Positions 49,247-61,631 of a DNA stretch of 64,000 nucleotides are shown here, in pieces. Origin of the DNA: Squalus acanthias (taxonomy: Eukaryota); NCBI GenBank assembly GCA_030390025.1, contig CM059432.1:9796001-9860000 (forward strand). Direction: 5' to 3'. Made by a program: the position numbers and the translations under genes. The first letter of the stretch is position 1; each line of letters begins with the position of its first letter. Below the pieces are notes generated by a model. It did not search any database. It saw only the letters and a list, made by a program, of their open reading frames with translations, and was not told the DNA's origin.

Positions 49247-49950
49247 TGCCGCTTGCCATTCAAGCTGGTATTATTGGCTGCTGCTCATGTTTGCCTGGTT
49301 ACCTCTTTGGCCAAGGGTACTCCTTCTGGTGTTAATTGGCTGGGGCGCAGCCCATTTCTGAGCCTCCCTTTTGTGATCTTTTCCATGTCACTTCTCTGGC
49401 AGCACCTCCCAAACCTGCGACCTCCACCACCTAGGGCAGCAGGTGCATGGGAACACCACCTCCTCCGAGTTCCCCTCCAACTCACACACACCATCCGGAA
49501 TTGCAACATATATTGGCCGTTCCTTCATCGTCGCTGGGTCAAAATCCTGGAACTCCCTCCCTAACAGCGCTGTGGGAGTACCTTCACCACACGGACTGCA
49601 GCGATTCAAGAAGGCGGCTCACCACCACCTTCTCAAGGGCAATTAGGGATGGGCAGTAAATGCTGGCCTTGCCAGCGACGCCCACATCCCCAGAATGAAT
49701 TTTTTTTAAACTTCCACCAGGTGTCGTAAGCACCCACCCAAATATGGATTGACGCATGCAAATGAGGTGCTGATGATTGAATGACGTCATGTCGCAGTCC
49801 ATTAATTCCCCCTTAGTGACACCGCACGCTCGTCACGCCAGCATTTAACCAGTGTCCTGTGTTGTTAGGGCCGGCTGAACGAATAAAAAAATTTAAAGCG
49901 CCCACCCCCGCAAGTGCATTAGATCATGGGACAATCGATACGCTTTCCCT

Positions 49951-50676
49951 CAGGACAGTCTCAAGGGTGGACGCTCCGGTTGTTGCCCCGATGGTGTGGA
50001 GTGGGACGAGCTGGTTAAAGCCAATCCATCCCAGTCAACAACATCGGGTGAAACCCGGGTACCACTTGTACCGAGGCCTCCCAGGATAGAGGAAGAGTCC
50101 TCCTCTGGCACCAGCTGGTTCGGAGGTGTCCGTGCCTACTGGTGCCAGAATCAGGTGGTTCCCCCAAGCGCCACCAGCTACTGTTGGTGTGTCCTTCACC
50201 AGAGGCATCCGTCCCCTCTGGTGACATCAACGCAGCCACGGGACATTGGTCTCCAGTTGGCGCCAGCTCATTTGGGGGCACCACCCTCGGTGGACTCGAC
50301 CCTACACAGGGTCACCTATGCTGCGGGTGATGTCCACTTTGGTGAGTGCAGCCGCAGATCTCTATTTATAGATCTGTGGCTCCCACCCACCACTGTGGAC
50401 CCACCTTCAGCCGCTCCCTACGACACTCGAGAGGCACTCCCAGGGAGGGTGCGTGCGCTCCAGAAACCAAACTGGGAGCCTGAGTCGACCACGGCTTCCG
50501 TGCGTTGAGGCTTTTCCATGTATTCAAAACAAGGGTGACTTCGAGTCTGAAACTGTGAGTTCCGGAAGTCCCATCACTTGTGGGGGTTGAGTCTTTACCT
50601 GGGGTCTTGCAAAGGCCTCAGGCATCGACCTTTGTTGGAATCCCCCTCCCAATTTCCAAGGCGGTTTGGGCGGAAT
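49951..50676. repeat. Direct duplicate of 54835-55562, family unknown
   Basis: About 727 bp with roughly a dozen differences counted by eye. Confidence 0.95.
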
Positions 50677-52059
50677 AGGTAGTCAATGAGAGTCAGCATG
50701 GATTTGTGAAGGGACGGTCATGTCTGACTGATCTAATAACCTTTCGGAGGAGGTCAGTAACATGGACAAGGGAGTGTCTCTGGATCTTGTCTGTGTGGAC
50801 TTCCAGAGGGTTAAATTATGAGGACAGGTTGCAGAGACCGGGCTTGTATTCCCTTGAGTACAGAATATTAAACGGTGAAAAGGGGCATGAGCTTAAAATT
50901 AGAGTTAGCCTGGTCAGGGGTGATGTCAGGAAGCACTTCTTCACCCAAAGGCTCGCGGAATTGAGGCTGGGGGTCAATTGTAAACTTCAAAAATGAGATT
51001 GGTAGATTTTTGTTAGGCAAGAGTTTTAAGGGATGTGGAAGCAAGGCCGGTAAATGGAGTTAACATACAGGTCAACCATGCTTGAATTGAATGGAACAGA
51101 CTCAAGGGGTTGAAAGGCCTCCTCCTGTTCCTAAGTTGATCAAGGGATATTGATCAAAGACAGGTCAATGGATTTGAGGTGCAGAGCAGCCATGGTCTAA
51201 TTGAATGCTGGAGCAGGCTCGAGGGGCTGAATGGCCGACTCCTGCTGCTTTAAAAGTATACAATGACTTAACATAATTGGTAGAAGGCAAACAATCCCAT
51301 CACTGCCCATCGCCTACGCACCCTGTGCTCTGGGTTGTAACCACATGGAAACCTATTATTGCTTCTAGCGAAACAAGTCAGTGTAAAGTAAAGTAAAGCC
51401 CAATGGTTTTTACCAAATATGGTTTCAAGGTGAGACCCCTGTAACTGGATGGGTCAAACCGTGACATCACAGAGCAAGCCTCACCCTCACACTGCGCATC
51501 ACACTGAGATGTGACATCACAATAGCTTTTTAACTTGATAAATATGAGACAGGAGCCAAAACAGCCAGTTTAAACGAAGGAAAGGCAGCGCACTGACTCT
51601 GGCTAACTGTCTGATATGTTTAGGGCTGAATGCGGTCGGCTCGAACATCTGAACAGCTTTGCTTGGTGAAGACAACACTAATAATGAAAACATCATCAAC
51701 CAGCGGCGTGGACAGAACTTCGTGAACTTTGAAAGGTTTGTGTTAACCTGTTTATCTTGTATTATTAGTGAAAGTCATAATGAGCAATATGAACAGTTTA
51801 TCAGATACAGTAATATTGATGCACAGTCGGGTGGAATAGTTCACTTTGTTATTGGTAGCTCTTCCATAGCGTTGCTGATAGGTAGTCAGAGTGAGTAACA
51901 GCAAAATCCGTGCAGATATAAAGGCTCAAATCCTGGAAACTGAAACCAGGTCAGTACACGCTGGTTGTTCTGATCAGCTTGTCCTGACCCGGGGATAGTC
52001 TGTGGGCCAGCTCAGCCCGACCATTTAAAAAGTCGAGAGCGTCCCTCTTGAAAGTATTG

Positions 52060-53742
52060 AAAGGGGTCAGAGGATCTGGTAAGAGGGAGGAGCTGAGGGA
52101 AATCCTTATTAGTCGGGAAAAGGTATTGGGGAAATTGATGGGACTGAAGGCTGAAAAATCCCCGGGGCCTGATGGTCTGCATCCCAGAGTACTTAAGGAG
52201 GTGGCCTTGGAAATAGTGGATGCATTGACGATCATTTTCCAACATTCCTTAGACTCTGGATCAGTTCCGATGGAGTGGAGGGTGGCCAATGTAACCCCTC
52301 TTTTTAAAAAAGGAGGGAGAAAGCAGGGAATTATAGACCGGTCAGCCTGACATCGGTCGTGGGTAAAATGATGGAAGCAATTATTAAAGATGTCATAACA
52401 GACCATTTGGAAAGTGGCGACATGATAGGTCCAAGTCAGCATGGATTTGTGAAAGGGAAATCATGCTTGACAAATCTTCTGGAATTTTTTGAGGATGTTT
52501 CCAATAGGGTGGACAGGGGGGAACCAGTAGATGTGGTGTATTTGGACTTTCAGAAGGCCTTCGACAAGGTCCCACACAAGAGATTGGTGAGCAAAGTTAA
52601 AGCACATGGGATTGGGGGTAATGTGTTGACGTGGATTGAGAACTGGTTGGCACACAGGAAACAAAGAGTAGGAGTAAATGGGTACTTTTCAGAATGGCAG
52701 GCAGTGACCAGCGGGGTACCGCAGGGTTCGGTGCTGGGACCCCAGCTGTTTACATTATATATTAATGATTTGGACAAAGGGATTAAATGTAATATCTCCA
52801 AATTTGCGGATGACACTAAATTGGGAGGCAGTGTGAACAATGAGGAGGATGCTAGGAGGCTACAGAGTGACTTGGACAGGTTGGGTGAATGGGCAAATGT
52901 ATGGCAGATGAAGTACAATGTGGATAAATGTGAGGTTATCCACTTTGGTGGTAAAAATAGAGAGGCGGACTATTACCTGAATGGTGGCAGATTAGGGAAA
53001 GGGGACGTGCAACGAGACCTGGGCGTCATGGTACATCAGTCACTGAAGGTGGGAATGCAAGTGCAGCAGGCAGTCAAGAAAGCAAACGGAATGATGGCCT
53101 TCATAGCAAGGGGATTTGAGTACAGGAGTAGGGAGGTGATGCTACAGTTGTACAGGGCCTTGGTGAGGCCACACCTGGAGTATTGTGCGCAGTTTTGGTC
53201 TCCTAACTTAAGGAAGGACATTCTTGCTATTGAGGGAGTGCAGCGAAGGTACACTAGATTGATTCCTGGGATGGCCGGAATGACATATCAAGAAAGATTG
53301 GGTCAACTGAACTTGTATCCTCTGGAGTTCAGAAGAATGAGGGGGGATCTTATAGAGACATTTAAAATCCTGACTGGTTTAGACAAATTAGATGCGGGCA
53401 GAATGTTCCCAATGGTAGGGAAAACTAGAACCAGGGGTCACAGTCTAAGGATTAAGGGGAAGCCATTTAGGACTGAGCTGAGGAGGAACTTCTTCACCCA
53501 GAGAGTGGTGAATCTATGGAATTCTCTTCCACAGAAGGTTGTTGAGGCCAGTTCGCTAAATATATTCAAAAGGGAGTTAGATATAACACTCACAATTAAG
53601 GGGATCAAGGGGTATGGCGAGAAAGCAGGAATGGGGTACTGAGGTAGCATGTTCAGCCATGAACGCATTGAATGGCAGGTGCAGGCTCGAAGGACCGAAT
53701 GGTCTACTCCTGTACCTATTTTCTATGTTTCTATGTTTCTAT
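52060..53742 (+). mobile_element. Young CR1 LINE, 5'-truncated, with open 427 aa RT ORF (52359-53642)
   Basis: [13 protein letters not shown] and KFADD motifs; one frameshift near 52320; (TTTCTATG)n tail. Confidence 0.95.
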
Positions 53743-53959
53743 TGGTGTTGAATGAACGGGACTAAATAAGAGGAGAAGAGGCTGACAGGGAGAAAGAACA
53801 ACTGAATAATCAGTTTCTCAAAGTGTTCACCAGTACTGAGAGCTCAGGGTTAAGACTCGAAGACTGTACTCCTGGGCAGTAATGCCACTGGAGCTGTCTT
53901 GACCAGCTTGGTACCTGCCCACACAGCTCGACGCTGGCCCAGGTGTTGACTTTTTAAAG

Positions 53960-54138
53960 TAGCCATGATGTGGAGATGCTGGTGTTGGACTGGGGTGGAC
54001 AAATGTGAGAAGTCGCACAACACCAGGTTATAGTCCAACAGTTTTATTTGAAATCACAAGCTTTCGGAGCGCTGCTCCTTCATCAGGTGAAGTCAAATAA
54101 AACTGTTGGACTAGAACCTGGTGTTGTGCGACTTCTCA
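53960..54138 (-). mobile_element. Mini Penelope-like insert with inverted pseudo-LTR, 12 bp TSD GACTTTTTAAAG
   Basis: TSD at 53948-53959 and 54139-54150; inverted arms about 54006-54050 and 54094-54138. Confidence 0.85.
54054..54090 (-). ncRNA. Minimal type I hammerhead ribozyme motif
   Basis: Minus strand UCAC-CUGAUGA-AGGAGCAGCGCUCC-GAAA-GC-UU-GUGA: stems I and II pair, core intact. Confidence 0.78.
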
Positions 54139-57100
54139 GACTTTTTAAAGGGAATTTGATAAATACCGTTACAGGTTATATGGGTTACTATTCGAGGGGA
54201 GCGATAAAATGCCTGTCGTTGTCCTTGTTGCAATCCAGTGATTTTTGTGTAATTTCTTCTTCTGCCACAGGTACACGGTTGGTGTCAGGATGAGTGAGAG
54301 GAAATGGACGGTTTCATCAAACTACCAACAGACTAAAGTTGTGAGTATCAAAACGACAAAGACAACTGGATCACACATCCTGACCAAAATCACATCAATG
54401 CCAGCAGAAATACCACAAAGAAGTAAACAGTAACACTGAAATACCCCTCATGCCCATCCCCCTGTGTCCCATCCATTTCTTTAGTATCAACTGTACATCT
54501 TTTAATTTCTTTATTTGACGGCCAATAACAGATCCATTTAAATGTGCAGCCAATGATTAGAGATGGTGTTAAACCAACTCTTTCCCTTCTGGCATGTTTC
54601 TTTCCCATTTTAAAAAATTTCCCACGCCCCTCTCCCTCCTCCCTAGTTCTCCCCTGGGCTGGACCTTCACGTCCAGCCCTCAGGTCCCCGCATCGGCATC
54701 AAGCACCAACCCTGCTCCAACTCCAGGCTCAGTTCGGCATTGCTCGGGGTTAACTGCACTGGCACTGGATAGGGCCCAGTCCATACAGTCATCTCCGACC
54801 GATGTCGACCGGCGGTCCAAGTGTTGGGACTGAACAGGACAGTCTCAAGGGTGGACGCTCCGGTTGTTGCCCCGATGGTGTGGAGTGGGACGAGCTGGTT
54901 AAAGCCAATCCATCCCAGTCAACAACATCGGGTGAAACCCCGGTACCACTTGTACCGAGGCCTCCCAGGATAGAGGAAGAGTCCTCCTCTGGCACTAAGC
55001 TGGTTCGGAGGTGTCCGTGCCTACTGGTGCCAGAATCAGGCTGGTTCCCCCAAGCGCCACCAGCTACTGTTGGTGTGTCCTTCACCAGAGGCATCCGTCC
55101 CCTCTGGTGACACCAACGCAGCCACGGGACATTGGTCTCCAGTTGGCGCCAGCTCATTTGGGGGCACCACCCTCGGTGGACTCGACCCTACACAGGGTCA
55201 CCTATGTTGCGGGTGATGTCCACTTTGGTGAGTGCAGCCGCAGATCTCTATTTATAGATCTGTGGCTCCCACCCACCACTGTGGACCCACCTTCAGCCAC
55301 TCCCTACGACACTCGAGAGGCACTCCCAGGGAGGGTGCGTGCGCTCCAGAAACCAAACTGGGAGCCTGAGTCGACCACGGCTTCCGTGCGTTGAGGCTTT
55401 TCCATGTATTCAAAACAAGGGTGACTTCGAGTCTGAAACTGTGAGTTCCGGAAGTCCCATCACTTGTGGGGGTTGAGTCTTTATCTGGGGTCTTGCGAAG
55501 GCCTCAGGCATCGACCTTTGTTGGATTCCCCCTCCCAATTTCCAAGGCGGTTTGGGCGGAATTGATAGGCGCGCCCCAGTTATGGCCAAGGTAGACAGCC
55601 CCGCCACCCTGCCTCACAACTTAAGGTTCGCTGGTACAGCTGGCGAACTTCAGTCGTGAAAGCCTCAGAAGGAAGGGAACTGCCCAGGAAACTAGTCCTG
55701 TTCCACCCACCAGAATCCAAATGGTGGGACATGTGGGTCTGGTGGCCTTCCTGCAGGGTTTGGCGCATATCCCGAATTCCCTGCCATCAAATCCACTGCG
55801 GCTGGCTTCACTGACCAGCAGGTGAGTTGAGGGAGCAATCCCTGCCAGAGAGGACCACCTTCAGAGAGCATCTGCTGCAGCAGCAGGCTGTGTGGATGCT
55901 CTCAATGTAGGAGCAGGATCTATCGCCCAGTGGATCTTGCATCACCACTCAGTTTGTCCTCACACCTTGGGGATCCTTCAGGTACTGCAGATGCCCATTG
56001 GTGCCGAGGGCTTCTTTGGCGAGCAAGTGGAGGAGCTGCTGTAGCAGAACCTTCAGGCATTCCCGAATTGACACACAAGGGTGGGGGGGCACTGCTCACT
56101 TTGTAGCTTAGCCCACCCCATCTATAGGCCCCTTCCACTCGCCAACACCAATCCACTCACCACCTATCCACTATCACCAACGCACTCACCATCACCAATC
56201 CATTCATCACCACCATCCACTCACCACCACCAATCCATTCACCTCCACCAGCCTATTCAAGGCTTTATCCGGAGCACGATGTCCTTTGTATCTTGCTAGC
56301 CCGTCATTCCAGATTAGGACCTGGAATGCAGGTAGTTCGCAACAAGTAACCTTCGAGACCCTGTCCAGCTCCACCAGAGTTGTGTGGGTGGGCTATTTCC
56401 AGTACTTCCCTGTGGAAGTGGATCACTCTGGACGCTTGAGACCATGAGACCAGAAGTAGTGAGTATCCTTTGCATTTGCATCTTGAGCCTCCATGTTTTT
56501 CATAACGTGCTTTGGTTTGACCATCAGAGGAATCATCTACTAGTGGGCATATTGGCAGGTCTTCTACCATCCACACTGAGAGCGAGTGATAGTCATCCAG
56601 AAGGCTCAACTGTTGGGGATATTTCTCCAGTTGAGGCTTCTGGGTGACCATCACTCTGCCAGTAATGTTTCCACAGGTCTCCTTTGTCGCAGGATCTGAA
56701 CTAGAGCTGGTGGTCCTGGGAGCACAGTGTTCTCCAGGGGTTGGTGCTACAGCCATCAGGCTCTTCAGCTAATGCTTTGACATATGGATGGGAGCCACAT
56801 TCAGGATGACTGGTCTTCTCGGCCAGTGATTTCACTTGGCATTTCAACAGGCTCGGGGTGTGAACGGTATAATAGGACATTTCCACTTTCAGACTCGGTG
56901 CGGGGAAAGTCAGTGAGTCTGCAGACAGACAATATGACAAGGGTCCGGTAAGTCAACAAGCAGGGTGGGACCCTCCTTCCTGGGTCCCTCTGTCAGGATG
57001 ACGCGTTGCTTCCCATTGGTGCTTGAACGACGGGGTGACACTCTTGGTGCCACATTTGGCCCGGGGAGGACAACACAACAGTCGGCACACTCAGCTGCTC

Positions 57101-59637
57101 TGTAGTCCACCCTAACTAGTGAATGATCCACACTGAGGTAGTCCAGAACATCTTCAGTTCTTGGAGGGGATAACCAGGTCGATCGACTTGCTCGCATCAC
57201 CGGATAATCACCAATCTGCTGAAGGACCTCAGGCAGTCAGGGCGGAGGCCCGACAGTCTTGCGTTCTTTTGTTTCTGGATTCTGTTGCTCAGGGTTGCCT
57301 GATCTCCAGGATGCTCCAGGAAATTGCAGCAGGTGGTGGTTCTGGTTAACCCTTTGGTTACCTCACAAACCGTGCTTCAGGGACACCCGGGTGTTGAATA
57401 CACACTTTGATTTCAGGAGCCCACGGGAGAAATCCAAGTCAGTTTTAGAGTATAGAGGACCCTACTTTTTTTAGGGAATTTTTCATTCTGACATCCTCCA
57501 CACACTGCTGGACACTGTCCAACTGGTACTCAGGGTGAGAAGGGCGGACCGTACCTGCAAGCGAACAGACTCTCCGGCTCCCAGGACAAACTGATCAAAG
57601 TGGGTGTTATTCACGGGTGCCAGCGCCAGATCCAAACAGTAAGCTGAACCGTCAGGATCTGGATTTGGATCCTGCCAGCTTCTGATTGGTGGCCTGGCAG
57701 TTGAGCTGGAATGCCCGTCAGATTAGGGTAGACCAGCAGTGCGGCACTCATGGGTAATGCTCACTTTATTCTGTCTGTCCTGGTCATTGAAGCCTCTGTT
57801 CCCATACAAGTACCTCCACCCTCCTCGTACTCAGTACTACTTGGTTAGTCGCCAGCAGTGTGTGCAGAATGCCTGAATGAAGATCACAGCACCTTTGTCA
57901 GCTGTTCCCGTGTCAGCTGTTCCCTTGTAAGCTCCTCTTCATTCTTCAAGTGACGCGGCATTTGCCACCCACCTGGTTGTCTCTTGGGTCTAGTGGGGAG
58001 TGTTGGTATGTCTTTTCCTCGTTCTGGGTTGTCTTTGGGTGTCAACAAACTGGGTTCTGGGGCGTGCTAAAAGTTAAGACTGCACGGGAGTCGGGGAGGG
58101 AGGGGAAAAACAAGTGGGTGTGCCCTTCAAAGTGAGGACGTCTTAACAAAATGTCTGAACAGGGGAGGTCATGCCTTAAGAGATTTTCCCCAGGCAAATT
58201 GTGCCGATGCATCCCGGTAATTAGAGCCACATTCCACCCCCCAATTCGGCTTGTCAATGTTTAGGAACGGATGTTCCCAGCAAATTAAACGGTGTCACAG
58301 TTAGCACTTTAAAGAAAAGTTTGGTACAGAACTAGACTGGAGATTGTTGAAGACCGGGACTGAGTTCAATTGATGTTAGCAGAGTTGAAGTGGGAAAGTA
58401 ATTGTCTTTAGAATATTTGCCAGAATGATCTCCTGGACGAGTTTCGATCGCCTAAGGGGGTCGGAGAGGAATTTCCCAGATTTTTTTCCCAAATTGGCCT
58501 GGGTTTTTATGTCTGGTTTTTCGCCTCTCCCAGGAGATCACATGGTCTTGGGTGGGGTGGGGGGTCTATATATTGCGATGGACAAGGCTGGATGGACCAG
58601 AGAGTCTTTTCCTGTCCGTGATATTTCGTATATTACAAGTCATGTTTCAATAACTGAAATGTGAGAAGTTTAACATCTGAAAATAAATGTGGATTGAAAA
58701 TGAACAAACTTACTGTGTGTCTCCTGATTTGTGCACGGATCATTGAAGGGAACAGAAAGGGGAAGAGATGAGTTCTGCCATGGGGGATTGCAGACTGGGG
58801 ATTGTCCCTGGGCTCAGTCACTGACTGGGTGAACTCTCTGAGCCACACACTAGGCTGGACCCAGATTGATTCCCCAGCCTGCTCATAGAAACATATAAAA
58901 AGACAGTCAGTAGATGAAGACCATCAGGCCCATCAAGCTCACCCCATCCAGTAGACAGTATGGCCTCACACGCTGCCGTCCCACCTACCAGTTACACTAT
59001 CTCTGGAAACAGACAAAGAAACATGGCCAATTCAGGAAAAACCTCTGGCCAATTGCTCTCCAACTCCCGACACATGACAATCTAAACTAACCACGAACTC
59101 TCGCTGTAACTGGCAATGTCCTCTCAGGGAATGGTCAAGATCCACTTTAAAGAGCTGTAGTGACCCCACCCTCACCACATGTTGCACACATTTGCTCTCC
59201 AATTAGCCCCACTCTCCCGCTCTTTCCCTGTAGCCCAGCAAATTTTTCCTTTTCAAGTATTTACCCAATTCCCTTCTGAAAGTTACAGTGGATGGAATTA
59301 TAAGTTGGTGGAATTCTGTTATGTGATCCCCAAAGTTCCAGTAACTAAACCGTCAAATCCCCTGTCAGTAAAACCTGGATTGGGCTTATTCAGTCACTAA
59401 AGCACCAGTGGCACTTTCAAAGTCCCAGGCCACGTCAAGGAGCTCCTCCAAACACAATTAAACAACAAAGTTGTGAATTTGTACAAAAACAAATACTAGT
59501 GGGGAAGGGCTGGGGTGAAGAATTGAGTGGGGGAAACAAGACAACACTTGGCATGTACTGAGAGGCAGAGTCGTGTGTTGGGTTTCCAACTCTGCAGGAT
59601 GTCCTGGAGTCTCCAGGAATTTAATCTCCAGGATATT

Positions 59638-60097
59638 TATTCATGTGATGTGGGCATCGCTGGCAAGGCCAGCATTTATTGCCCATCCCTAATTGCCCTC
59701 AAGAAGGTGGTGGTGAGCCGCGGCAGTCCGTGAGGTGAAGGTACTCCCACAGTAGCGGTTTGGTACAACTGAGCGACTTGCTTGGCCATTTCAGAGGGCG
59801 GTTAAAGAGTCAACTACATTGTTGTGGTTCAGGAGTCACATATTGGCCAGACTGGGTAAGGACGGCAGGTTTCCTTCCCTAAAGGACATTAGTGAACTCG
59901 GTGGGATTTTAATACAATCCAATAGTTTCATGGTCATCATTACTGATAGTAGTTTTTTATTCCAGATTTATTTAAGTGATTGAATTTAAAATCCCCAGCT
60001 ACCTGTGGGTGGGATTTGAACTCATGTCTCACAGTATTAGTTTAATCTAAGTTTGTCCCTGGATTACTAGTCTGGTAACATAACCACTATGCTACCA
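59638..60097 (-). mobile_element. tRNA-derived SINE with CR1-clade tail
   Basis: Minus-strand head TAGCATAGTGG...GAGTTCAAATCC; tail matches the 6210-6340 LINE end. Confidence 0.7.
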
Positions 60098-60917
60098 TTC
60101 CCAATTGCAGTTGTGAGCAAACCTGGGATAAAAGTCAACAGGGCACTAAAGAAAGTGATTTTTTTCCCCATTTTCTTTGACCACTTTCGTTCATTTATAA
60201 AAATATTGGAGACGGGGGGGGGAAAGGCGGTTGGATCCAGCAGGTCACGTAATGAAAGCTCCAGAATGACTATTTTGGGAACCACCTTCCCGGTTTAGCG
60301 CCAGGATTCTCCCCAGATAACCTGGGTTTATAACACACTGTTCACATCGTTAGTGCCCCGAGGCACTTTAGAGAGTAGAATGAGATGCCAAATAGCAATA
60401 CTAAGAAAGAAGCAATGGACACAAGTAACACTGCACCTTCACTGGATAGCTGCTGACGATAACCTTCAATCCGCCCTCTCAACAGATGTCAAGCCAGCTC
60501 CATCTTCAAGGTGAGAAATGACCCTGGATGATAATCCTGAGATTTATTCTCCTTTTTGTTTCTTATCCTGCTCCCGACATTAAATTACTTGGTTTTATTA
60601 CCCCATCGTCTTCTATCTGCAAACGTGAGCTATTGGAGCTTGATAGGCAAACATGCTCACACGTGTCACCTAGAAACACAAACAAATTGATACTTTTTTT
60701 GAACAGTGAGGATATTGCACTGCGAGATCCAATCCATGTGCTGCCGTCAAAAATGGGTGAATAGTTTAGGGTCTGGTCATTACAAGGACAATGTTGAAGG
60801 AAAAAGGACCGACTGAAAGGTTGGTGCTGAATTCAGCAAAAACCAACTTTCCAATGTTGATACCAGGTAAACAAGGCAATTTTGATTTACGCCCTCCAAT
60901 TTCTCAGTGGTGCATCC

Positions 60918-61305
60918 AGAACTTGCATTGATAGACCTTTCACAACATCAGGACATCCCAAAGCACTTTACAGCCAATGAAGCACTTCCTTAAAGTGTAA
61001 TCGCTGCTGCAATGTAGGAAACACAGCAGCCAATCTGCGCACAGCAAGCTCCCACAAATAGCAATGAAATAATGACCAGATAATCTATTTTTTTTAGTGA
61101 TGTTGGTTGAGGGATAAATGTTGGCCCAGGAGAACACCCCTACCCTTCTTCGAAATAGTGGCCATGGGATCTTTTACGTCCACCTGAGAGGACAGATGGA
61201 GCCTGGGTTTAACGTCTCATCCGAAAGACGGCACCTCCGACAGTGCAGCACTCCCTCAGTGCGGCACTGAAGTGCCAGCTTAGAGTACGTGCTACCACTG
61301 AGCCA
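60918..61305 (-). mobile_element. SacSINE1-like SINE with internal deletion
   Basis: Reverse-complement Deu-domain and tail. Confidence 0.8.
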
Positions 61306-61631
61306 GGCAGGCACCTAAATCAAACAGCTAGATGATTTTAAAAGCACGGGATAATGGAACAAGAAACCTGAATGAGCTTCAAGAAGGAACTAGACAGGTT
61401 TTTATCAACAAATGGGATTCAGGGTTATTAGAAACGCACCAAGAGAATACAGTTGATAGGTGGGCTCATAAGAACATAAGAACACAAGACGTAGGAGCAG
61501 GAGTAGGTCATTTGGCCCCTCGAGCCTGCTCTGCCATTCAATAAGATCATAACTGATCTGATCTTGGCCTCAACTCCACTTCCCTGCCCGCTCCCCATAA
61601 CCCTTGACTCCCTTATCGTTCAAAAATCTGT

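Noticed and set aside
49750..49795. Host promoter (octamer ATGCAAAT plus CRE TGACGTCA)
   Set aside because: TGACGTCA also recurs inside MITEs in this window, and there is no associated gene or start-site evidence.
57455..57490. Mononegavirus-like gene junction on the minus strand
   Set aside because: Only a short A-run resemblance, with no recognisable viral protein nearby.
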